The notes under the pieces are model-generated. The model was not told the DNA's origin, did no database searches, and saw nothing but the letters and a program-made list of their open reading frames with translations. From NCBI GenBank assembly GCA_963744145.1, contig CAVUSO010000001.1, forward strand, positions 1,664,001 through 1,728,000: a DNA stretch of 64,000 bases. The letters run 5' to 3'. Source of the DNA: an uncultured cyanobacterium. GTDB lineage: Bacteria > Cyanobacteriota > Cyanobacteriia > Cyanobacteriales > CAWUOF01. Below are positions 47,463 through 56,486 of the stretch, piece by piece. The stretch's first letter is position 1. Every line of letters begins with the position of its first letter. Made by a program: the position numbers and the translations under genes.

Positions 47463-48509
47463 TTATTTGATCAGATTTGACTCGAAAAGTTTTTCACAAA
47501 ACTCTATTAATCGGTTTATTCCCCAAAATTTATCCTCAGTAGCATTCTTGACATTAATATGAGCTGTATGACCACCAAATTCAGTGAGGAGCAGATGAGC
47601 ATAGGGATTCTCACTGATCAATTGTTTTATTTCTGGAATCAATTTGGGGTCAAATATGGGATCATCTTCAGCATAAACGATCAGATAGGGTAGGGTTAGC
47701 TCTGTCAAAAAGTAAATCGCACTGGTTTTTTGATAATATTCATCTACACTGGCAAATCCATAGTAATCAATTACCATTTCCCGATCAAAGCTATCAATTG
47801 AGTTCACCCGTTCTACTGCACCTGGTTTAACCGCATCAGGAAAAAGTTGACGACGTTTCTGAGCTTCAACCCGCAGTTGCTTCACAAAATATTGTTCAAT
47901 CCGTCTTCCTAACCATGTACTTCGCAAATAAGCTAGAGCGCGATTCGATTCCAGATTACAAGAAATAGTAGCCGCACCAAGAATAAAAGGACAATTCTGG
48001 GCGATCGCTGCTTTTAATCCCCATAAAGCTAATTGTCCTCCTAAAGAAAACCCCACCAGCGCGACCCGATTTGGACAACCCATCGCGATTAGTTCTGCGG
48101 CAATTTTTACTTGGTCTTCCCCTTCTCTCCAACCATCCGCAGAGGGAATTGGGGAAAGTTCCGCTGTCCGTCCATGTCCACGCCAATCATAGATCATCAC
48201 AGCCAAACCGCGATCGTAGGCTTTTCGAGCCAAAATCTCACCATACCACGATTGTTTTACTTCTGCGGTAATGCCCAGATTCAGAATAATTGTTCCTTTT
48301 GCATTAGTCGGACAACTCCATAATCCCCATAATGGTACTCCGTCAGCTCCTGTAAAAATATGCTCTTGCCAAGGAACTGGGGGCAAATATTGTAACCAAA
48401 ATACGCGATCGCCCCACCATTTCCAGGTAGTGCCGTACCATTGATCGGTAAAAATAGTCATTATTGAGCCATTTTTGAGATACCAAGGGGGTTGGTAAGG
48501 TAGCATCAT
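47463..48509 (-). CDS. Alpha/beta hydrolase (YheT-like)
   Basis: DWRGHG, GFSLGG nucleophile, AEDDP and GGH. Confidence 0.88.
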   Translation of the reverse strand: MMLPYQPPWYLKNGSIMTIFTDQWYGTTWKWWGDRVFWLQYLPPVPWQEHIFTGADGVPLWGLWSCPTNAKGTIILNLGITAEVKQSWYGEILARKAYDRGLAVMIYDWRGHGRTAELSPIPSADGWREGEDQVKIAAELIAMGCPNRVALVGFSLGGQLALWGLKAAIAQNCPFILGAATISCNLESNRALAYLRSTWLGRRIEQYFVKQLRVEAQKRRQLFPDAVKPGAVERVNSIDSFDREMVIDYYGFASVDEYYQKTSAIYFLTELTLPYLIVYAEDDPIFDPKLIPEIKQLISENPYAHLLLTEFGGHTAHINVKNATEDKFWGINRLIEFCEKLFESNLIK

Positions 48510-48553
48510 AAAAATGTTGGGTTAACTGATTAGAGTGATAATAACAGCAAAAA

Positions 48554-49015
48554 CTATTTATTAGGATTACTGAGACAGGTATTTTTTATGTCTTCAATTA
48601 CCTGATCTCGGTCTTTTTTAGAATCCTCTAAATTCTGAGATGCTTCAATAAAATTTGGTTGATTTTTATTTTTGGCAGCCTTCATCCGATCATCGAGGGC
48701 TTTGCTAGTTCCTTCATAACTTTTAAATAGACGAGATTTAAAATCTAAGCTTTTTTCATTAGTAATTTTAAACTGGTTAAGTTCTCTAGCTCCTTGCTGA
48801 AAAATCTCACTCAGTTTATTAATGTAGTCCGTATCATCATTGGCTTTTTTCAGCTTTTCAGCATCCTTAGTATCATCCATAATGTGATTATGAATTTCTA
48901 GTATTTGTGTTGCTTCATCTTTATTACACATCGGTTTTTTAACGCAACTATTGACCATTAAGCTAATCGCTATTATTACAGAAAACATGGCCATGTCTTG
49001 ACGAGAAATTTTCAT
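48554..49015 (-). CDS. Hypothetical lipoprotein
   Basis: Signal peptide with VNSC lipobox; helical body. Confidence 0.65.
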   Translation of the reverse strand: MKISRQDMAMFSVIIAISLMVNSCVKKPMCNKDEATQILEIHNHIMDDTKDAEKLKKANDDTDYINKLSEIFQQGARELNQFKITNEKSLDFKSRLFKSYEGTSKALDDRMKAAKNKNQPNFIEASQNLEDSKKDRDQVIEDIKNTCLSNPNK

Positions 49016-50593
49016 AAAAAAACCTGGTAAGTGGGAAACTCAGGTTCTTTAGACCTGAGAGGTAAACAACCCAAGTGGTTTTAACCACCTAAGAATATTT
49101 CTAATCTGCGTAACCATAACCGTCCTTATGGTGGACAATCTGGCAGTATTTGTGACTAATCCCTTGAACTAATTTCCCGGCTGAAATGTTAAAAGAGCCG
49201 CTTGTCCTAATTGCTACCCGACCGACATATTTGCCGATTTTCTTACCTTTTGTGACAATCGCTTTGACGATATCACCAGTTTGAAAACCTTTGACGAATT
49301 TGAATCTAGGGACATATCGATCAGGAAATCCAAACTCGTTAGTTCGGCACATTTGACGAGTTCCATGACCAGTTGCTTCAATCAACAATGGTTTAGCTGT
49401 TAGTAGCTTCAGCGAGTCAATTTTACCGACACAACTAGCGTCAATCCAATGTGCTTTTGGTAGGTTTAACCGAGTACGATTAAATTTTGTTAATCCACCT
49501 GAACCAGTTGAAACAGGCAACTCAGTTTCCTTGAGCCTATTAAATAGTGCCCATCGGGTTGAGTTAACTGCCGCAGCATCTTTTAACGGGCGTTTGGCTT
49601 GAGCCAATACTCGCTTTAGAACATCTGGTTTCTTAGCTAGAAACTTCTCAATAGATTGAATACCTTTCTTTTGATTACATTTTTCGCAAGCTAAACAAAG
49701 GTTAGAGATTCGGTCACTACCACCTTTCGCTTTAGGATGAATATGTTCTACTTGTAGTTGCAGATTTTCTGATCCACAATAGGCGCATTTTCTCTCCCAT
49801 TTTTCTAGTAGGTATTCACGTACTTCATACCCTAATAATGTTCCTTGCTGGTACTCTATTCCTGTTATTTCAGGATTTTCTTCTTTCTGTAAATCGAACT
49901 TTACCAACTCCAGCGCAATTGAGCTAATTGGTGCTAATTTGATTAATCTTTTTACCCAAGTTATGGTGGTTTCAACTCGGTGTTGTAAACTAGGTGCTAG
50001 CCATCCTTTAGGACGGGTTCTATTTAAGAACCTTGCTTGACGGTAACGAGTATGGCGATTTCTGCGATTTCGACGTAGTGAACACCGAGATTCTAGACTA
50101 GCTTTAATCGTTTGTCCCCGATGAGTTAGTTCTGCACCAAAAATTACTTTCTCGCCTTGAATAATCGCAAACCCGGTTGTTTTTGAGCCTGGATCGATCT
50201 TAATTTCTAATTCTTGAACAGACCTCAGTAGAAACCTCTTTCAAGATAATCGTGAAGGGATAACGTCTGAATACAGCCGCTTTTCCTTGACTAAGTAATA
50301 AACGTGCTTTAGCCGGATGAACCGGATCTAGTGGTCGTTTATTCGTATCCAAAACAAATGCGAAATTTGACATTTGAAACTCCATTGCTGGGTAATGTTC
50401 GCTTCGACCTGTTATAAGGGCTTTTTAGACCTGCAACACTACTTCAGTGACCTTAAAGCTGTTTAATTGCAGATGACAGAGCGGAAAACTAGCGTCGCAT
50501 TCTCCGGTGTCGTGACCCAAATAACGTCTCCCCGTGGGGTCTGGTCAGTACAGCTCTTTCAGAGCTACAAGGCTTTAGCCTTGGGTTACTGAC
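49016..50593 (-). mobile_element. IscB-encoding IS200/IS605-superfamily (ISC) element
   Basis: Starts GTCAGTAACCC; subterminal hairpins; ends before ATGA; boundaries supported by the 43025 copy. Confidence 0.85.
49101..50373 (-). CDS. iscB: RNA-guided endonuclease IscB (1-nt frameshift near 50221)
   Basis: PLMP-like (PLDP), RuvC-I IDPGSK, bridge helix RRNRRNR, RuvC-II ELVKFD, HNH CAYC..EHIHPK..GG..NL..C..CN, RuvC-III HWIDA. Confidence 0.9.
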
Positions 50594-50613
50594 GAAACCT
50601 CTTGCGCTTTTCT
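50390..50613 (-). ncRNA. omegaRNA (HEARO-like) with 5' guide from flanking DNA
   Basis: About 200-nt structured non-coding leader between element end and iscB start; ends approximate. Confidence 0.75.
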
Positions 50614-50630
50614 TGTAGTATGTGTATTAT
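50602..50630 (+). promoter_or_regulatory. Putative promoter of the vWA gene
   Basis: TTGCGC-17 nt-TATTAT with extended TG. Confidence 0.45.
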
Positions 50631-50674
50631 ATAGTAGTATGGGTGGAACTAGATGGTAACAAGGGAGGTAGCTA

Positions 50675-52027
50675 ATGACCAGACAAGCAGCAATAAGCAC
50701 TTTAGATTGGACCCGATCGATAGACATCAAACCATTAATTCTACATAAAGGCAAATTACCACAAGGTCGCGATCACCAACAGCACCAAGCAGCTTATCAA
50801 GAGAATCAGGAACTTTACGCGCTGAGTGCTTTATCTCCAACAATAACAACAGTTCAGCGTGAGCGGATCTTGTTCCAACTCTTGCGATCTTCTCGAGTGG
50901 GGATGTCTCCGGAAGTACGTCGGATTTGCGATCGGGTGGTCAAATTTCTGACTACAATCACCCATCCCGATCGCATCCTGACCATTTTTCTAGCATTACG
51001 AAGAGTTCGAGCTAATCACAAACATACATCAAGAACCATCCTCAATTATATCCTCAATCATCCTGACCTGGAAAACATGGCCAATTGCCGAAGACCCACA
51101 TTGGTCGATTGTCTGGAACATGGGATGGGGCGAAATGTGGCCCGAGCTTGTGCCAAAATGCTGATTAATCCAGAGGTTGCTGATCAAAAATATTTGCACC
51201 GTCATTTGTGGAAATTTACCCGCGATCGGGAATTAATTAAGGGAATTTTCCCCTTACTTTATGGTGGGGGAATATCTCAAAAAATCGCACCACAATATCA
51301 ACTTACCCATACCCAATACCTGGAAAAATTAGCAGCACAGAAAGAACGACCAAAAACTATTACAGCTACTAATCGGGGGGATATTTCTGCTACGCTGGTT
51401 CATCTTTATCGAGGGGGAAAATCTGTTGAACTACAACAAGCATTAACAGACTACGTTGAAAAAGCTGCTCAGAAACTACCAAAATTTGAGGGTAAATTAG
51501 CAATAGTTCTTGATGCTTCTGCTTCTACTCGTGGTTATGGTGAACGGGAATATTGCTGTATTTCTCAATCAGTTGCTTGGCAATTAGTATTGGAGAAAGC
51601 TTACCCACAAACAAAAGTTTATCCTGTGGGTGGTACGGAAAAAATCCCGATTCCCCAAGGTAGCACGGATTTAGCTAGTGCTTTAGTTGATGCTTTATTA
51701 GATCAACCCGATTTAGTGGCAATTATATCCGATGGTTACGAAAATATTGTGCAAGGTGACTTAGGGAGAGTTGTTGCTACCTTACCTCAAATTGGGATTG
51801 AGACTCCCATCGTATTTTGTCATAGCAAATTCACCAATAGTGATGACTTAAGTTTGCGACAAGCTGCACCAAATTTACCCCAGTTAGAATTCTGGCATGA
51901 AAATGATTTTGAATCATTACTAATTTCTTTAGCTGCATTAGCTAGACCAGAATTGAGTGCATCTGGTTTACGAGAATTCTTACTGAAAAAACTGGCTGAA
52001 ATTGAGCAAACTTTAGCGATCGGCTAA
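50675..52027 (+). CDS. Helical N-terminal domain + vWA domain protein (possible divergent TROVE/Ro60-like)
   Basis: MIDAS motif LDASAS...GSTD...ISDGYEN; basic helical N-terminal region; GGAGG RBS. Confidence 0.75.
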   Translation: MTRQAAISTLDWTRSIDIKPLILHKGKLPQGRDHQQHQAAYQENQELYALSALSPTITTVQRERILFQLLRSSRVGMSPEVRRICDRVVKFLTTITHPDRILTIFLALRRVRANHKHTSRTILNYILNHPDLENMANCRRPTLVDCLEHGMGRNVARACAKMLINPEVADQKYLHRHLWKFTRDRELIKGIFPLLYGGGISQKIAPQYQLTHTQYLEKLAAQKERPKTITATNRGDISATLVHLYRGGKSVELQQALTDYVEKAAQKLPKFEGKLAIVLDASASTRGYGEREYCCISQSVAWQLVLEKAYPQTKVYPVGGTEKIPIPQGSTDLASALVDALLDQPDLVAIISDGYENIVQGDLGRVVATLPQIGIETPIVFCHSKFTNSDDLSLRQAAPNLPQLEFWHENDFESLLISLAALARPELSASGLREFLLKKLAEIEQTLAIG

Positions 52028-52107
52028 TTTCTAAATATTGGTGAGGGTGGATTAATCATACACCCCACCAATCCCAACAATTTTCTTTTACCCAGGTACT
52101 CTAATAT

Positions 52108-53112
52108 ATGAAAAATCTAGACTGTCAAGCATTAGTACCTCGTGATTTTGATCTTTCCCCCTATCAATTTGGGATACCCCAGAAGTCAGGACCAATGACG
52201 GTAGTACCGATTTTTGGTCCAGAACGTGAAGGGAAATATACAGGTCCCCTGTCAGGATTAAAACTATCACGAGTAACTGGATATGGAAGTGTAGAACTTG
52301 CTAATCCTGACACAACTGGAATTGCGATCGTACCGCTCCATATCGGTTATATTCAAGATCAAGCTCAAAATCATGCTTTGTGTCGTTCTGCTTTTATTGC
52401 TGCTGGTCAAAAACTACTTTTTGAAGATGCTTGCTGTGTGCAACAATCTCAAGGTGGTTATTTGGAAGGTCGGGAACAATGGTTTTTTGTCTTACCAGTG
52501 CAATTGCGATATGAAGCATTACAACTACGAGGAAAAAAGAGTTACAGTAAGCTCTGGAATGACATTAGTCAGCTCAATCAAAAGTTTAAATTGGCTAATC
52601 ATGGTCATCTAGAGCAGATTATTACACGCCAACGAGCTTATTTAACTCAATATCAAAGTCGCTTTGAATTACTTAACAATCAAACTGGGGCGCTATTTTT
52701 TCTCAACCGTCAATTAGTGGGAATCGAAATTGCTCCGACGATCGCTTATTTTCAAGAACTATGGATGTCCCTCGTTTGTTTCTGCTATGGTGTGGGAGCT
52801 ATGTATTGGGAACAAAATGCGATCGCTGATCCTACCTTACCCGAACCTTTTGGAGCGAAAAACCTGCTAGAATTGCAAACCCAATTGCACCAAAGTCGTT
52901 GGGATTTACAAGCGCAAGTCAGTCAGGATTTGGCTAATACTCCATCGGAGAAATTTCAGATCCATGAGGAAGAAAGATTCTGTGATTTCCAGTTAAAAAC
53001 TGCTCTTGGTAAAAATTTTGCTGGACAGTTTGTGGAAAAAAAAGGAGAACTTGTTTATGCTTCTCTGTTTGCTAAATCAGAATTTGGCGTTGCTGATTTA
53101 CGGTATGAATAA
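52108..53112 (+). CDS. ARPP-like (DUF6569-related) domain protein
   Basis: MTVVPI, AQNH, ACCVQQSQGG, KLW..I and QTGALFF.N..LVGIE pattern recalled for this family; unverified. Confidence 0.6.
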   Translation: MKNLDCQALVPRDFDLSPYQFGIPQKSGPMTVVPIFGPEREGKYTGPLSGLKLSRVTGYGSVELANPDTTGIAIVPLHIGYIQDQAQNHALCRSAFIAAGQKLLFEDACCVQQSQGGYLEGREQWFFVLPVQLRYEALQLRGKKSYSKLWNDISQLNQKFKLANHGHLEQIITRQRAYLTQYQSRFELLNNQTGALFFLNRQLVGIEIAPTIAYFQELWMSLVCFCYGVGAMYWEQNAIADPTLPEPFGAKNLLELQTQLHQSRWDLQAQVSQDLANTPSEKFQIHEEERFCDFQLKTALGKNFAGQFVEKKGELVYASLFAKSEFGVADLRYE

Positions 53113-53176
53113 ATAATTTGTAGGGGCGCATGGCCATGCGCCCCGATTGATTTTCATACCCTGATTAAGCAACGCC
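53086..53176. repeat. MITE with TIRs and 8-bp near-duplicated target
   Basis: GGCGTTGCTGATT...AATTAAGCAACGCC-type ends; flanks CAGAATTT / CGGAATTT. Confidence 0.7.
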
Positions 53177-53199
53177 CGGAATTTTTTTTCTCAAACTAC

Positions 53200-53229
53200 T
53201 TGACAACTGTTGGTAACCTGTAGTATATT
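53200..53229 (+). promoter_or_regulatory. Putative promoter for the ncRNAs
   Basis: TTGACA-18 nt-TATATT about 10 nt before RNA1, with no downstream ORF on this strand. Confidence 0.55.
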
Positions 53230-53239
53230 GTATTACATA

Positions 53240-53343
53240 AGGAACTAAGTTAGGTGCAGCTTGTTACCACTCCTGATGCCAGATTCGGAAGCTACTGTTA
53301 AAGTGGCGAATGACAAGTTGTAACGCTGACTACCCGTCCTTTT
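53240..53343 (+). ncRNA. Predicted rod-shaped ncRNA (RNA1, Y-RNA-like)
   Basis: Nested helices AGGA/UCCU, AGUUAG/CUGACU, 12-bp UGCAGCUUGUUA/UGACAAGUUGUA and CCACU/AGUGG; 3' U run. Confidence 0.65.
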
Positions 53344-53347
53344 ACTT

Positions 53348-53479
53348 GCCGAGGCTAAGACAGTTAAAACGCTTGTCACCCGTCCTGTAACTAACAGGAA
53401 CTGTACTAGGATCAATTGTTGCCGTGGGGCTCTTGCGGAAAGTATTCGTAAGCGAAAGGTTCAACTCCTTTCCTCGGCT
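53348..53479 (+). ncRNA. Predicted tRNA-like ncRNA (RNA2, YrlA-like architecture)
   Basis: 7-bp acceptor GCCGAGG/CCUCGGC stacked on T-arm AAAGG-UUCAACU-CCUUU; no canonical D/anticodon arms. Confidence 0.7.
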
Positions 53480-53650
53480 TTACTAATATAACGTCAGTTT
53501 GACAAAGTTAAAAGATGGCAGGAGGTAGCGCTGGTAAGGATGGATTGTAGGGGCGCAAGAGCAATGGGTGCCCCTACTATATCAGCAAGTGATTTAGATA
53601 GGGTTTGAAAATTTGTAAATGGGCACAGATCGAGGCGAAGCGAGAGTTAT

Positions 53651-54538
53651 TTATCGATCGCTGAAATTTATCAAAGATAAACACTGATCTAGAGATTGTT
53701 TGACTGTTTTGACAGCTGCCTCTAAAGGCATATTTCTGATTTTCTCATTCCATGGTTCTACAGCAACAGGTCCAGTGTAGCCTTTTTTATATAGTGCTTG
53801 TAAAAAATCAATAATCTTAGTTACTCCTGTGGTCAATGGTAATTCTCTTTCAAACTCTGGGATGCTAAACATATCATAACCAGACAACCCATCATTTAAT
53901 TCTATATATAATAGATATTCTAAATCTAGATGATGAATATCCAGTACGCTTGCGCCGCTATTTTGCCAATGATGAACATCAAATTTCAATCCACCATAAC
54001 CATATATTCCTGCACTAGCAATCAGGGCGCGAGTACCATCTATAGTATGAATAAAGTCGTATTTTGTGCTGCACCTAGTTTCAGTAGGCCCGATAAACTC
54101 AAAGCCAATTTTGATATCATATTTTTGTAAAATTGGTTTTAGTTCCCGCAAGCGATCGCTAGTTTGAATAAATAGATCGTTAAAGTTACGCTCGTCGCTA
54201 AATGGTGGGAGGTAACAGAGAGTTAGCTTACAGCCAATTTCTTGAGCTTGTTTAGCCTGTAATTCAAATTGAGGTAAATTTTCCTCAAACTCTTTTTGGC
54301 TGCCAAATAAGTTCACAGGAATGCCAAATGAAACGGGTTTTAAATTAAGCTGGCTTAGTAATTCTTTGCACTCAGAAATGCTGAACAGATTCAGCATATT
54401 AAAATCAATATTAATCCCTTCAAATCGATATTGATGAGCCAAATTGCAAATTTTTTCAAAATCATTGACAATCTGACCAATATGTCCGCAGTGGTTTAAA
54501 TTACCAATAGGAGCAGTTAAATTTAAGATGGGATACAT
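53651..54538 (-). CDS. Sugar-phosphate isomerase/epimerase TIM-barrel (xylose isomerase-like/IolE-IolI-like)
   Basis: GFEF, FDVHHW, ELND and GYTGPVAVEP metal-site pattern. Confidence 0.8.
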   Translation of the reverse strand: MYPILNLTAPIGNLNHCGHIGQIVNDFEKICNLAHQYRFEGINIDFNMLNLFSISECKELLSQLNLKPVSFGIPVNLFGSQKEFEENLPQFELQAKQAQEIGCKLTLCYLPPFSDERNFNDLFIQTSDRLRELKPILQKYDIKIGFEFIGPTETRCSTKYDFIHTIDGTRALIASAGIYGYGGLKFDVHHWQNSGASVLDIHHLDLEYLLYIELNDGLSGYDMFSIPEFERELPLTTGVTKIIDFLQALYKKGYTGPVAVEPWNEKIRNMPLEAAVKTVKQSLDQCLSLINFSDR

Positions 54539-54653
54539 TTTCAATTTACCTATGAAGCAAATGTTAATAATTTTAGATATTTTACTGTTAAACACCTAAA
54601 AACAAGTTTCCCGATTCGTTCAATTCATCACTGTACATAAGTTCAGCTAAAAT

Positions 54654-55869
54654 TCAATTTTGTAAGCCTGGTAAAATAATATTAGAAGAAGATAGGTGCG
54701 AGTTTTTTGCCACCTGCCAAGCCAAAATACTTGCTATCAACATGGCTATTGTAAAAATCCAAAATGACCAAGATGGACTTAACATTCCGAAGACAAACCC
54801 AGTCGCAATCGGGCCAGCAATTCTAGCTAAGGCAGAAACCGATTCGGCTAAACCCAATATTTTGCCCTGCTCTCTTGCTCCAGCAGCTTGAGAAATTAGA
54901 CTGCTTAACAGAGGAAAGCAAAGAAAGTTGCCACTTCTATTCAAAGCTACTGCTCCCAATACCCAAGATATAGTCGTTGAAAAGGGTAGCAAAAATGCCC
55001 CAAAACCTGATAAGAGTAATCCCCAAAAAAGTAGATTGGCTTCACCAAAACGTTTGGTAAGTCGTTCGACAAATCCAGCTTGGACAACAACAGCTACTAA
55101 ACCTGAAAACATATAAATATAACCAATTTGTTGAGCATCTAAGCTTAACTGTTGTTTACACCAAATCCCCAGGATGGCACTCGTTCCTACCAACACGAAA
55201 GTATTCAAAAACAACGATAATATGAGCCAGACTATTAATGAACTCTGGAATATCTGTGCAAAACCTAAAAAGTTTAATGAGGAATGATTATTTTGGGTTT
55301 TGACTACCTGCTGCGCTGGTTTTGACTCAGGTAGAACCAGCAAAGCAATAATAAATCCCACTAGGGACATACTAGCAGCAAATAAAGGTGGGAGAATCAA
55401 ATTTGGATTTTGGGGGTTAGAACCCACCAATATACTGCTAATAGCCGGACCCAAACATAGTCCTACTCCAAAGGCAGTTCCAATGATAGCCATGCCCTTG
55501 GCTCGGTTTTCCTTGGTCGTAATATCAGAGATATATACCCTGATCCAGAAGTAAAGTTCCCGCCATCACTCCTTCTAATGCTCGGCAAGCAAACAGTACC
55601 CATAGAGAACTTGCACAACTCAACCACGCATAAGCAAAACTGCTACCGATTAGACTGAGCAATAGCATAGGACGACGACCAAAGCGCTCGCTCATCATTC
55701 CCCACAAAGGTGCGAAGATAAACTGCATTAAGGCATATATGCTAAACAGTAGTGTAACTACAGTAGGCGAGGCTTCAAACTTCGAGGCGTAAAATGGCAC
55801 TAAGGGTATAATGATTCCGAAACCAATCGTATCGATCAATGCACTTAAAAACAAGATCGAGTACATCAT
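54654..55869 (-). CDS. MFS efflux transporter, TetA-like (1-nt frameshift near 55540)
   Basis: DTIGFGIIIPLVP, SERFGRRP and YISDIT...RAKGMA; two ORFs join. Confidence 0.85.
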
Positions 55870-56390
55870 TCTATGTTTATTCCTGAGTCAACAATTTCCA
55901 ACTCTAGACAATCCTTTTCGATTAGCTTGTGAGTGAAATAATCTATATCACCTGTATCAGCAAGCTCTAAGTTATAGAAATCTACGAAATCATCATCGAA
56001 AAAAGGCCCAGCGTGCCAAACGCCCATTCCTATTTTAATAAAGCAATTACCAGGAATCCTAAAGGCAGTTAGTTTCTCTATTTCTGGTCGTTCTACCTCC
56101 GTTGGCGGAGCAACAACAATAAACCAGTCTTTTCCAATAGATCCTATACATTGATTGCATTCAAGGTGGCGCACTATTCTGTCAACATTTCGACCAGTTT
56201 TTTTCAAGCGCATACCCCAAAAAAAAGGAGTGCCATTTTCCAGGTTTAATACAACACCACCGCTTCGATCAGAAGGTCTGCCATTAAATGTACCCTGATC
56301 GTGAGCAGTGATTAATTCTCCAAAGGGTTGAAAGCTTTCTGATGTAATCCACTCAGCACGAACTTTTTTAGTTTGATAATCTGTAGTCAT
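55866..56390 (-). CDS. Ureidoglycolate lyase-like cupin
   Basis: ESFQPFG, RH..C.Q, GVWHAGP and FYNLELADT. Confidence 0.75.
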   Translation of the reverse strand: MTTDYQTKKVRAEWITSESFQPFGELITAHDQGTFNGRPSDRSGGVVLNLENGTPFFWGMRLKKTGRNVDRIVRHLECNQCIGSIGKDWFIVVAPPTEVERPEIEKLTAFRIPGNCFIKIGMGVWHAGPFFDDDFVDFYNLELADTGDIDYFTHKLIEKDCLELEIVDSGINIE

Positions 56391-56486
56391 GGTAATTCTT
56401 TTGCCTCCAAGCAAATTCAGAACTTAGTTTTATTTTCAAAATGAAGCTGATGTACTTCTAAACTATTCTCAACCATGATTCCTCCT

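Noticed and set aside
49101..50373. Cas9 or a CRISPR locus
   Set aside because: About 420 aa with a PLMP-like N-terminus indicates IscB. No regularly spaced repeat array or cas genes were seen in the window.
53240..53343. RNA1 as SRP 4.5S RNA
   Set aside because: It is rod-like and contains CAG...GGAAGC, but lacks the CAGG-stem-GNRA-stem-AGCAG domain IV structure. An Rfam search would settle this.
53348..53479. RNA2 as a normal or intron-containing tRNA, or tmRNA
   Set aside because: No canonical D arm or anticodon arm, too short for a group I intron, and no G3-U70 alanine identity or tag frame.
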